A stretch of DNA of 64,000 nt from a virus, in the IMG/VR virus record IMGVR_UViG_3300031951_000028. One strand, given 5' to 3'. Positions 29,565-39,262 of this stretch are shown in pieces; positions within the stretch are counted from its first letter, which is position 1; every line of letters begins with the position of its first letter. The notes beneath the pieces were generated by a model. The model was given only the letters and a program-made list of their open reading frames with translations, was not told where the DNA came from and did no database searches. The translations under genes and the position numbers were made by a program.

Positions 29565-30115
29565 TATAAACATATAGTGGCTAAAATGAAAATATTAATC
29601 AAAAATGAATATTATATAATACTTCTTTATTTTAAAAATGATGTTAATAGAAATCAGTGTAATATATGTTCAGTAAAATTTACAAACATATGTAATTTAT
29701 GGCCTCCTAAAGTGTTTGCCTGTTAATGATGTATAAAATCACAGTGGATAATATACAGACTAAAAAAGTCTTAATATATTCAAGCAGCCAAAAAATAGCT
29801 TTTGATGTTTGCAAGGTTAAATTGAATTATATCTGGCCTTGGGCAAAGCGTTTATATTTAATTAGAGATTTGAAGTGTAATGAGTTGATTTAGTAAAACC
29901 CAAATCTCACTTATCAGAACCACAATGATACAATGTATAAGGATTAACACCAACCATTATAATTTTTTATATGGGAGAATGTGCGGTGTTTATTGTTATG
30001 ATTATCAAATATACTATTTATTTAGAGATAAAATGCTAACTATTATACCTCATAAAGTCCATTATCATTATGATGTTTATGATAGATTTTATCTTTTTTT
30101 AGTGAATTAAGTTCT

Positions 30116-30328
30116 ATGTATATCAAAAATTCTTTATTTAAGATACATGGTAAAAGTCTTGTGGTTAAAAGACTATTTCCTACTGATGAAAATAAAATAT
30201 CAGTTTTTATAGAATCTACCGCTTTCTTATTTGGGAATAGTAGAATTGTCGAAGCTGAAATGTTTAATACTAAACTTCAATTAATGACTTGGTTAGGTAT
30301 TGATTTATTTATAGCCGAGGATAAGTAA
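30116..30328 (+). CDS. Array microprotein (P.D.NKI.V pair)
   Basis: Paralog of 30328. Confidence 0.65.
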   Translation: MYIKNSLFKIHGKSLVVKRLFPTDENKISVFIESTAFLFGNSRIVEAEMFNTKLQLMTWLGIDLFIAEDK

Positions 30329-30540
30329 TGTATGTTGTTAAGTTGTCTACTAAGACTAATAAATTTCTAGAACATATTTATCCAGAAGATAAAAATAAAA
30401 TAGGTGTGTCTACTAATCATTTGAATAAGGTATCTATATATTTTGGCGAGAATGTATTAAAAATAGGTGAGTCATTAATTGCAAAAGACGCATTTATACT
30501 AAATTATCCATTTAGAATCTTCATCTATCTAAATAGATAG
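30328..30540 (+). CDS. Array microprotein (P.D.NKI.V pair)
   Basis: Paralog of 30116; TAATG overlap. Confidence 0.65.
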   Translation: MYVVKLSTKTNKFLEHIYPEDKNKIGVSTNHLNKVSIYFGENVLKIGESLIAKDAFILNYPFRIFIYLNR

Positions 30541-30716
30541 TATTTTATGTTTAAAGAAAAACAAATATCTATAAAGATAGATGGCAAAGATATAATTTTA
30601 AATATAACTCTATATTCTTATAGAGAATATTCCAGTTCGCCCGCCAATATTATACGCACAAAAATTATAGCGGTCCACCCATCAACTAAAATCTTTAGTT
30701 TTCTAATCTATTCTAA

Positions 30717-30929
30717 TTGAAATGTATGAATTTAATCAAAGATAAAATTACTGTCAGATTAATAAAACCTAATATGAGTAGTTGGACTGTTGGTTTATTT
30801 ACTGACAATAGACAAACTCTTATAAAAAAAGTTCTTATGATTGTAGATTATGATGGCTATCAAGCACATAGTATTTTAGTTGAAACAAAAAAATGGCTTA
30901 ATAATTATGAGAACTGGTCTAAATTATAG
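30717..30929 (+). CDS. Array microprotein
   Basis: Paralog of 31304 (G.F..N...L..K...D.Y...IL.E.K.W). Confidence 0.65.
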   Translation: MKCMNLIKDKITVRLIKPNMSSWTVGLFTDNRQTLIKKVLMIVDYDGYQAHSILVETKKWLNNYENWSKL

Positions 30930-31303
30930 TAATAATTTAAAGCTTACCGTTATAATTCGATATTATGAAACACCAAAATTAACGTACATATGGATACATT
31001 CTAATACTTATTTTACAAATGACGCGTTAATACAAAAATTATACTACCTTGGAAGAGCAATGAGAAGGTTAAATTGTGCGCTGAAGCTGAAGGAGCTGAA
31101 TTAATGATTGAAGTATTTTTCGATTACGGAATGATATGTTTCACTTATAAATCAGGTATTGGTTTACCTTTTTTGTGGCCAAAATTGCTAAAAATAGATA
31201 TGAAATTTTTTAACCCTCATAGTAGAATTTTATTACGTAATGATCTTCAAGTTAGTTATAAGAATATTCAACGATTTGGTCTATCAAATTTTAGGTGAAA
31301 TAA

Positions 31304-31504
31304 ATGGATAAAATATTTGTTGAAATAAGGGAGATACCATATCTCAGGAATCTTCCTTCATCTATAGGCATCTTTTCTAAAAATCATGAACCTTTATTAG
31401 ATAAACTTATAAACGTTATTGGTATAGACGCATATCATAAGTGTAATATCTTAATCGAATCTAAAAACTGGTTCGAATATCAAAGACAATCATATGAAAA
31501 TTAG
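31304..31504 (+). CDS. Array microprotein
   Basis: Paralog of 30717. Confidence 0.65.
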   Translation: MDKIFVEIREIPYLRNLPSSIGIFSKNHEPLLDKLINVIGIDAYHKCNILIESKNWFEYQRQSYEN

Positions 31505-31708
31505 AGTGCAATCTACTCCATGCAGAATTAAGTTCTTATCACGTAAAAGAGGTAGATCTTTTCAAAAATGTAAAGTAGCATTTGTATTTTATTTTCCTCT
31601 TTTAGATAAGCCTTTTTTTAAAAGCGTTTTTAAACACTTTCCTAAAAAATTGCGTATACTCGATACTTCTCGACTTGATATAACTGAAACTTATAAATAT
31701 TTATAATA

Positions 31709-31846
31709 ATGATAAAAGTTGTGTTTATGCCAAAATACAGGATTTTTGATTTAATTTGCAGTGACCAAGCACTTTTTAATATGTGCGTGAATAAAGCAGG
31801 CTTAATACATTTTGATCTTGAGCGTCTCTTCTTTGTATATATCTAA
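31709..31846 (+). CDS. Array microprotein MIKVVFMPKYRIFDLICSDQALFNMCVNKAGLIH...
   Basis: 45 aa; resembles 35740. Confidence 0.6.
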   Translation: MIKVVFMPKYRIFDLICSDQALFNMCVNKAGLIHFDLERLFFVYI

Positions 31847-33616
31847 TGAATATAAAAATAACATTTAACAAAATAGATAAAGCATTAAATATATTAGTCA
31901 AAAGAAACCATAAATTATATAAATCTCTTATTAATAAGAAGCGCACCATCTTTAAAAAAGGGTTATGTATTCTTATTCATTATAAAGAAATTTAATTTTG
32001 AGACTTAAAAATTAATATGTTTAAAATTACAGCATATTGCTTTGAAAACGAATATTTTATATGTATTATATCTTCACAACCTTGTCCTTTATTAGAAAAG
32101 TTAATATTAATTAATCAATACATAGGTAATATTTATATCTATGATGGAACGTGGCTAGAAGAATGTCACATATAATTCTGGGTAAAATAATGACCTCAAA
32201 GTGGTATATCTTATTTAAAACAAAAGTCGAAATCAATTTTTTTATCCATATTTACATAGCTAGGAAAAAACATTTTCTAGCTTTAGAGAAAAAACTGAAT
32301 ATAATTAATGTAGGCAGAGATGATATTTATCACTGTGTCTATGGAAAATTCTGGCTTGTAGATACACGACAATGATTAAAGTAATACCTTCTACTGATCT
32401 TGATTATACTATAATACTTATAGATGAAGAATTTCTATCATATTATTTAGTATTAGAGAAAATGAATAAAATAAGTTATCTTTATCCTGGTGTTTGTATA
32501 ATGACTGAATCTCTATATTTAGATAGCCTTTAGTCTTGCTCAAAGTGAGTAGTCTAAACCATGACTCCGTATTTTAATATGGACAAATATAATAATACGG
32601 TATTCAAATGATAATCCATACATGTAGTATCCTCGACAATCGTATTTTTAATAGAAAATATCTAATTTTCTGTAAAGATAGAAAATTTTATGAAGCTTTA
32701 TCTGGAAAATGTTATCTTATTATTAAAAAATATTCGTTCAAAAATTTCGCAATAATTTTACAATCTTAAAAAAATAAAGATTGCTATATTGGTGATAAAA
32801 TTAGAATCATTGATTTATATTATAGATAATAATGTATATTACATATAGACAAGAATATCTTAGAAGACGTATAGAAATATATGTTAGTGTAGATTTTATT
32901 ACAAAAAAAAGTTTTCATATAAATGAATATAATATGTTATGGGAAAAATATCACACTATTCTACAATCGCCGGACAATGCGACATTAATCATAAGATGAA
33001 AGTATATTTATATTCTTTTAATGAAATATTTAAGCATCCTACTGGTTTTTTTATTTATACTGGCTCATATTTTAAAATATGCGTAGCAAAAATACAAACT
33101 ATAGATAAGAAATCAATAGTTTTACAATCCGCAAATAAAGATAATCATATATGCTGTAAGTGTTGCGGGGTTATGTACTGGAGTCTTTTCTGCGATGCGA
33201 AAGATTTTAATTCAACAAAGTATTAATGAGACTGGATTTTGTTTAGTTACTAATGATAATATTATATATCAAAAACTTAATTTAATTAAAAAAACTACAG
33301 GTATTGAAATCGATAAATATTATTGTAATAAACCATTGAAATGCGTTGGAAATAATAAATATAGCACTCCAATTTTGGTATATATTTATGATTTTTAGAC
33401 CAACTTTTAAAGTCAGAAATAGAAGATATTCATTTTATATTGTAAAATTTGATGCAGATAAATTAATAGATATTTTCAACTGCGACGGTGATTTATTTTA
33501 CAGATTAAATCTGATAAATATCAATAAACGCTATTTTGTGACTGGCAAGTATTATTTTTTAGGTAGAATATGTTTTCACAATTATTGTAAAAAAGCAATA
33601 TATTGGTGCGGATTTA

Positions 33617-33961
33617 ATGAATATAAATTTAGAAAATAAATTAATTAAAAAAATAGAATGTATACATCCAAAATACGTTGAATTTTTTAAGACGGTGAAT
33701 ACACTGGCTAAATCTTACCGTAAATTAATTATCGGTGAGACGTACTTAGTATTTTTTATGTTTTTAGTAATTATATTTCTAATATGTGTAATGATTTCTA
33801 TTATAGATAATCCAGAACAACCTATAGTTTCTGTTTTTATGGCAATATGTAGTATGGGTGCGCAGTTCGGTGTTAGTTGTGAAAAGCTTCTTGATTCTCA
33901 TGATAGATACGAATTCTATAATAATCAAAGAATGCGACCTTTTAAAGATTTTTTACGATGA
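33617..33961 (+). CDS. Membrane protein (two hydrophobic helices)
   Basis: LVFFMFLVIIFLICVMISII hydrophobic stretch. Confidence 0.6.
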   Translation: MNINLENKLIKKIECIHPKYVEFFKTVNTLAKSYRKLIIGETYLVFFMFLVIIFLICVMISIIDNPEQPIVSVFMAICSMGAQFGVSCEKLLDSHDRYEFYNNQRMRPFKDFLR

Positions 33962-34096
33962 TATTTAGATATAAAATAGAAAACAGTTTTGTTCCTGGCT
34001 GTCCATTTATAATAATTTGCGATATTAATACATATAATATTTTGCATCGTAAAGTACATCTAATAACTAAAACTATATTAAACCAATATAGTATTA

Positions 34097-34618
34097 TTGA
34101 TTATGCTAAAAAATCTGTGTGGATGTAAAACTTGTGTATGCACTACTGGCGGCTATCAAGTTCATATTACAATTGAAAATCTTAACGCAAAAGTATCAGC
34201 TTTTATTAATGAAAATGGCGGAGAGATAATTAAATTAAAAAATTATACAAATGACAGTTTTTATGAAGAAAATATAACTTCAAAGAACTATAATAAGTAT
34301 GAAGATGCTTATGAAGAAATGTATAAGTGGGATGAAATTATAAAAAGCTTGGGTAGTTCTGTTACTAGACTTAAAATTGAGTCACACCCAAAAGAAGCAT
34401 CTCAGTCACTCTATTACGAATATCATTATAAAATCTCAAGACAAGAAACTGAGCAGTATAAAAAACTTGGATGTTTTATTTCTGAAAATAGTAAAGGGAC
34501 TATATTTGCTACTAAGAGAAGTAAAGAACCAGTGAATCCTATTAAGCCTGAACATAGATTAGAAAAAGTTTGTATTGATTCAAATCCTGGTTTAGATAAA
34601 AGAATGATGTCTAAATAG
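34097..34618 (+). CDS. Hypothetical protein
   Basis: ORF track; start uncertain. Confidence 0.6.
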   Translation: MIMLKNLCGCKTCVCTTGGYQVHITIENLNAKVSAFINENGGEIIKLKNYTNDSFYEENITSKNYNKYEDAYEEMYKWDEIIKSLGSSVTRLKIESHPKEASQSLYYEYHYKISRQETEQYKKLGCFISENSKGTIFATKRSKEPVNPIKPEHRLEKVCIDSNPGLDKRMMSK

Positions 34619-34811
34619 ACTTATTTATGAAAAAATCTTTTTTAATAAAAAAAGGCATAGCAAATTATTATTATATATGTATTGAATGTTATAATACTCA
34701 ATATATAACATTAAGACAAAAACTAAATAAAATTAGTCCTTGTGTATGCAGAGGGCGTTATTGTTTTGAGAATAATTTTAGTTTAAGTCTTATAGCGCTA
34801 TATCAAAAATT

Positions 34812-35354
34812 ATGAAAATTACAAAACTTCCTAAAACATGCCATCTTGCCTTAAGTGGCGGAATTGATTCTATGTTTGGTTTGGTTTTTTTAATGAGCGG
34901 GCCGCCTAGAATTGAATCATGTATCCATATTAATCATGGAACTGAAAGAGCTAATGAATATGAAGATTTTTGCTCTAATATTTGTAATTATTATGGTATC
35001 AGACTTGATGTACATCACTATGATAAAAATAAACCAATGACTGAGGATGCTTGGCATTCTTTTAGATATGATATTTTCTCTTCCTATCCTAAAAAAGTAA
35101 TTGTTTGCCATCATAAAGATGATAATCTTGAAAACAAATTACTGTTTGGTAAGATTATGAAGCCCGAAAATGGTAATATTGTAAGACCTTTTTTGCAAGT
35201 TACTAAAGCAGAAATTAGAAATAGAATGGCTGGTTATGCGTATATTGAAGACCCGACCAATCTTGATGAAAATTTTACTAAAAGAAATAAAGTAAGACGA
35301 ATTATTCAAGAGTTAAAAGATATTGGTTGTGCATTAGATAGTTTACTACAATGA
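34812..35354 (+). CDS. tilS: tRNA(Ile)-lysidine synthetase (minimal, PP-loop domain only)
   Basis: ALSGGIDS, HINHG, HHKDDNLE, IVRPFL, EDPTN, RNKVR. Confidence 0.9.
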   Translation: MKITKLPKTCHLALSGGIDSMFGLVFLMSGPPRIESCIHINHGTERANEYEDFCSNICNYYGIRLDVHHYDKNKPMTEDAWHSFRYDIFSSYPKKVIVCHHKDDNLENKLLFGKIMKPENGNIVRPFLQVTKAEIRNRMAGYAYIEDPTNLDENFTKRNKVRRIIQELKDIGCALDSLLQ

Positions 35355-35739
35355 TAACAGTTCTTCCACAAAAAAATTCAAGTTTTTGTATGTTATTACA
35401 AATTAATTTTACACAATCTGAAGAAATAACAGATGAAGATAGATTAAAAATATTTTTGAAAAAAAGTATTAATGAGAAAATTGCCAATATAGAAACAATA
35501 AACTGGCCTTTACCAATAGTTGTACAATCATAGATGGAGATTAAATGTATACTGCACAAATTCTTTTGTTAATTTTGTTTATTTGTCGCTCGTTTTTAAC
35601 TATTGTTAATACTGCAAAAAATAACAGGAAATCAAATCTTTCAATGGGAGAGGATTTATTCGCATCAGTGATTGCTATAGGTGTTATTTATGCTTTATTG
35701 TATTATGCTGGTTCATTTAGTTTGATTTTTAAAAATTAA

Positions 35740-35880
35740 ATGATTGAGATTAGATTACCATACATAAGCGCTCGCAATATTGATTTATATTGTAAAGACT
35801 CAAGTGTATTTAATATTATATTTGATAAAATTGATCTAATTAATAAATATTATGTGACCTCAAAAATTCAAGTTTATTGA
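35740..35880 (+). CDS. Last array-type microprotein MIEIRLPYISARNIDLYCKDSSVFNIIFDKIDLINK...
   Basis: 46 aa. Confidence 0.6.
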   Translation: MIEIRLPYISARNIDLYCKDSSVFNIIFDKIDLINKYYVTSKIQVY

Positions 35881-35944
35881 TAAATATGATATGCTCGGTC
35901 ATACAAGAATAATAGATCATTTAATGTGTAATTATTAATTACCT

Positions 35945-36018
35945 CCGCCATTAGCTCAATCGGTTAGAGCAGGAAACTCATAATTTCAAGGTTCCAAGTT
36001 CGAGTCTTGGATGGCGGA
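35945..36018 (+). tRNA. tRNA(CAU), probably Ile2
   Basis: CCGCCAT/ATGGCGG acceptor, same D arm as 19545-19618, CT-CAT-AA loop; close to tilS. Confidence 0.85.
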
Positions 36019-36024
36019 CTATTT

Positions 36025-36096
36025 GCTCCCATAGCTCAAGGGATAGAGCAATGGATTTCTAATCCATCGATATAGGTTCGAATCCTATTGGGAGTA
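36025..36096 (+). tRNA. tRNA-Arg(UCU)
   Basis: GCTCCCA acceptor, ATGGA-TT-TCT-AA-TCCAT, GGTTCGAATCC. Confidence 0.92.
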
Positions 36097-36549
36097 TTTT
36101 TCTTTTTTTAGGAGATATTTATGAAAAAATCTTATCAAGAGTATTTAAAAGCATTAAACAAATCAATTCCATATGAACATCTGAGGGCTGGTCAACATGC
36201 AATGAACTTATTATATTCTCACAACTTAGAATTGTACGAAAAGATATTGGGTTCTAATATAGACCCATTTTATCTTAATAATAGACTTGGTTCTTTTTTC
36301 TCTCATTTAGAGGAGCATTGGGATGATTAGATTAGTAACTTTTAATCCTGGAAAACCTAGGACTACTAATGCAGATTTATCTGTTAGTAAAGGTGTTCCG
36401 TTTAAATGGATTTATGTAGATGAAAATACTGGTAAAACTTATAGCAGAAAAGAAGTTAAAAGAATTGCCAAAAAGACGAAAATGAAAATTGCCGGACTGT
36501 ATAACCCTTCTAGTTTTCTTAATTAATTATTTTTTGAGGTTTTGTTACT

Positions 36550-36870
36550 ATGAGCACTAATTTGGTAAAAGAAGTTCCTTACATGTATCTGACTAAGACC
36601 AGTGACCACGCAGCAATTAAGATGCTCGTTAAGAGTATTGACCAAGAAAAGGTTGCTGTTGATAAGGAATTGGTTGAAATGCCAGAAGGTCTTAATGTTA
36701 ATTATCTACTGTTTGTTTATCTCGGTAAATATGGAGAAAACTTTAGTGGAGTATTGACTTATAATCAAGAAATTGATGAGGCTAACGCTCCAAAGGCGGC
36801 TCATATGCTTGATTTTTCTAATTTTATTAAGGTATGTAAATACGAGCATGAGACGCAAACCGACTACTAA
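36550..36870 (+). CDS. Hypothetical protein
   Basis: GAGG SD; ORF track. Confidence 0.65.
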   Translation: MSTNLVKEVPYMYLTKTSDHAAIKMLVKSIDQEKVAVDKELVEMPEGLNVNYLLFVYLGKYGENFSGVLTYNQEIDEANAPKAAHMLDFSNFIKVCKYEHETQTDY

Positions 36871-37083
36871 TCAGAATAATTATTATTGTGTAGATATTAA
36901 GAAATTAGATAGTTCAGCAGTTGCAATGCTTCATAAAATGACAGGAATTCGTAGATATGAAGAAAGTAATCCTATGGGATTCTTCGTAGTAAGAATTGTT
37001 GGTATTAAACAATATGTGTACAGCACTAATTTTAGTGTTGGAGAAGAAGTAGATATAAGTAAATTTTTGGAGATCATCAAACA

Positions 37084-37743
37084 ATGATATTTGTTGGGGA
37101 TACTCATGGGAAATACTATGAGTATTATGATATAGTTAAAAATGAAAAGGCAAGTCTTCAACTAGGAGATTTTGGCTTTCAAAATAGTTGGAATAAATTA
37201 ATGTATTCCGATTTGAATCATGAGATGCATAAAGTTGGACAAGGCAACCACGACCCTCATGAATTTTTGACTAAAGATATGCCTTATTGGACTGGAAGAT
37301 TTGGAAAACTTTCTATAGATAAAAATGATATGTACTGGATTGGTGGAGCTTTATCCATAGATTTGGTATATAGAGTCGGTGATTGGCTTTCTAGAGAAAG
37401 AAATCCAATGTATAAAACTTGGTGGTCAAATGAGCAGCTTGATTTATTTGAAATGGAGGCTTGCAAAAAGGAATTTTTACAAGAAAAGCCGCGAATAGTA
37501 GTTTCTCATACTTGTCCATCAACAATAATTCCACTTTTTAATAATAATAAAAGTGGTAATATTATGGACCATTACGGCTGGGGTCATGGATATAATGATA
37601 TGACTAGTCAATTTTTACAAATATTGCTAGAACAATATCAACCAGAGCTTTGGTTGTTTGGGCATTTCCATAATAATTTTGAGTCTACTATAAATGGGAC
37701 AAAATTTATTTGCCTTGGAGAACTCCAAACGTATAAAATATGA
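37084..37743 (+). CDS. Calcineurin-like metallophosphoesterase
   Basis: GDTHG, LGDFG, GNHD, SHTCP, FGHFH. Confidence 0.9.
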   Translation: MIFVGDTHGKYYEYYDIVKNEKASLQLGDFGFQNSWNKLMYSDLNHEMHKVGQGNHDPHEFLTKDMPYWTGRFGKLSIDKNDMYWIGGALSIDLVYRVGDWLSRERNPMYKTWWSNEQLDLFEMEACKKEFLQEKPRIVVSHTCPSTIIPLFNNNKSGNIMDHYGWGHGYNDMTSQFLQILLEQYQPELWLFGHFHNNFESTINGTKFICLGELQTYKI

Positions 37744-37964
37744 TAATCTATGGAAAACAAGTTAGAGAAGTTCTAACAAAATTAAAAACCCCCAAATTTT
37801 TATGGGAGGATTGTTTTAGTGAAGGTTTGCTTTATGCGGTGATCGCTGCAAAAAAGTATGATAAAACTAAAGGCAGTCTTAATAATTGGATTAAAATATG
37901 CGTATTTCATAATATGAAAAGGTATTTAAATAATGAAAAGACTGCAAGGGGAATTGAAATCTGA
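37740..37964 (+). CDS. Stand-alone sigma region-2-like small protein
   Basis: EDCFSEGLL....AAKKYD..KGSL..W. Confidence 0.5.
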   Translation: MIIYGKQVREVLTKLKTPKFLWEDCFSEGLLYAVIAAKKYDKTKGSLNNWIKICVFHNMKRYLNNEKTARGIEI

Positions 37965-38483
37965 ATTTATTTCTTCTTTCAGGAAGATGCTTGATAAGTA
38001 TCCTTCTTTAAAAGAAATATATGAGGAGCGCTTGGAATTATCAGCACAAAGGGAAAAAATGTATGATAATTTAAGTGAGAGCGATTATAAAAATCCTGAA
38101 ATAATGGAAAGTTTTTTTAATGATGTCTCTGTTATTGTTCTTCTGGCTGTTTTAGAAGGTACTATATGAAAGTGCAAAATCCAGTTGTTGGTATTGGTAG
38201 TGTTGTTGATGGCAATCGTGTAACAAGCATTGATGGCCGTTGGCAAAATATCAATTTAGTAAATGAGTCTGGTGTTGTAAGTGTTATGAGTTTTCAGGAA
38301 GTTGAAAAATTTTATGAGCAACAAAGAAAGCAAGAACAACCAACAACATAAGGACAAAAAGAAAAAAGAAGCTGACGAACGTTCTTCAGCATCTAAAAGA
38401 AAGTTCAAGCGTGAAGTTCAAGAAGAGGAAACTCTACAAGAACTTAAAGATTTTTTAAAAGGTTTTTAGTATAGAGGTGTTTT

Positions 38484-38879
38484 ATGAATCGTCATAAGTT
38501 TAGTGGTTTTAAGTCAGAACGGCGTGAAGAAATGTTGGTAGAAGCTCTTGAGCACGATATGTCTAGCCAAGATTTGTTTGATAAGTATCAGACAGAATTG
38601 ACAACTTATGGTGTTACTACTTATCAAGAGTTGCATAGTGCTCTGTATCCTAAGTGTACTAAGCTTACTACTGATTTGAATCTTTACATTCAGAATCGTG
38701 AGAACATTCAAAAGATGTCATCCGAAAAGCGTGCTAAGGTCGAGCGTGTTATGGTTCGTTACCAAAAGATGGGTTTTAATTACGCTACACGCACAGCGAT
38801 TTATGAGAATCTTCGTAAGTCGTCTGGTACTGCCAAGGAATCTCTAGAAGATTTGTTGGCTGATTTTACTGTTGAATAG
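38484..38879 (+). CDS. Hypothetical protein
   Basis: GAGG SD; ORF track. Confidence 0.7.
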   Translation: MNRHKFSGFKSERREEMLVEALEHDMSSQDLFDKYQTELTTYGVTTYQELHSALYPKCTKLTTDLNLYIQNRENIQKMSSEKRAKVERVMVRYQKMGFNYATRTAIYENLRKSSGTAKESLEDLLADFTVE

Positions 38880-38902
38880 TTGGCACACTATTAACAGTTC
38901 CA

Positions 38903-38966
38903 TTTGCTATAGTTTAATCGGTAAAACATATTACAGTATATGCGGGTTCGAATCCTGTTAGCAAAT
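38903..38966 (+). ncRNA. tRNA-like RNA with a truncated anticodon arm
   Basis: TTTGCTA/TAGCAAA acceptor, GTTT-AATCGGTA-AAAC D arm, GCGGG-TTCGAAT-CCTGT T arm; only ~14 nt between D and T arms. Confidence 0.6.
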
Positions 38967-39262
38967 TTATTTTTCAATATGGAGATTTTTATTTCTAAAT
39001 TATTATTATGAATTACAAGCAAATGGTTTTAATATTGACTGCGTGCGGATGGACAAAAATTTCAAAACCTTATAGAATAGGATCTTCTGATTATAGAAAA
39101 AAAGATAAGACGTGCTATCTTGGATGGCATCTAGATTATTATAATCTGATAGAATATCGTTATACTTTAGAAAATGCAAAAAAAGCAATCCAAAAAATAA
39201 TGGTTTAAACATGACTTTACAAGATATATTCATATATAGTTCAATTCAACAAAGGATAATTA

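Larger units (their letters stand above)
24349..35880 (+). other. Array of ~50-55 related microprotein genes (43-75 aa)
   Basis: Hand-translated consecutive ORFs, many with ATGA/TAATG overlaps, sharing a strand-strand-helix(K-x-x-L/I-I) pattern; see findings. Confidence 0.8.

Noticed and set aside
24349-35880. Long genes fragmented by stop-codon reassignment
   Set aside because: Most ORFs end in TAA, successors begin with ATG in other frames with overlaps, and long genes elsewhere read correctly in code 11 with TAG/TGA stops.
24349-35880. Integron-like cassette array
   Set aside because: Genes overlap or abut, leaving no room for attC-like sites, and no integrase is present in the window.
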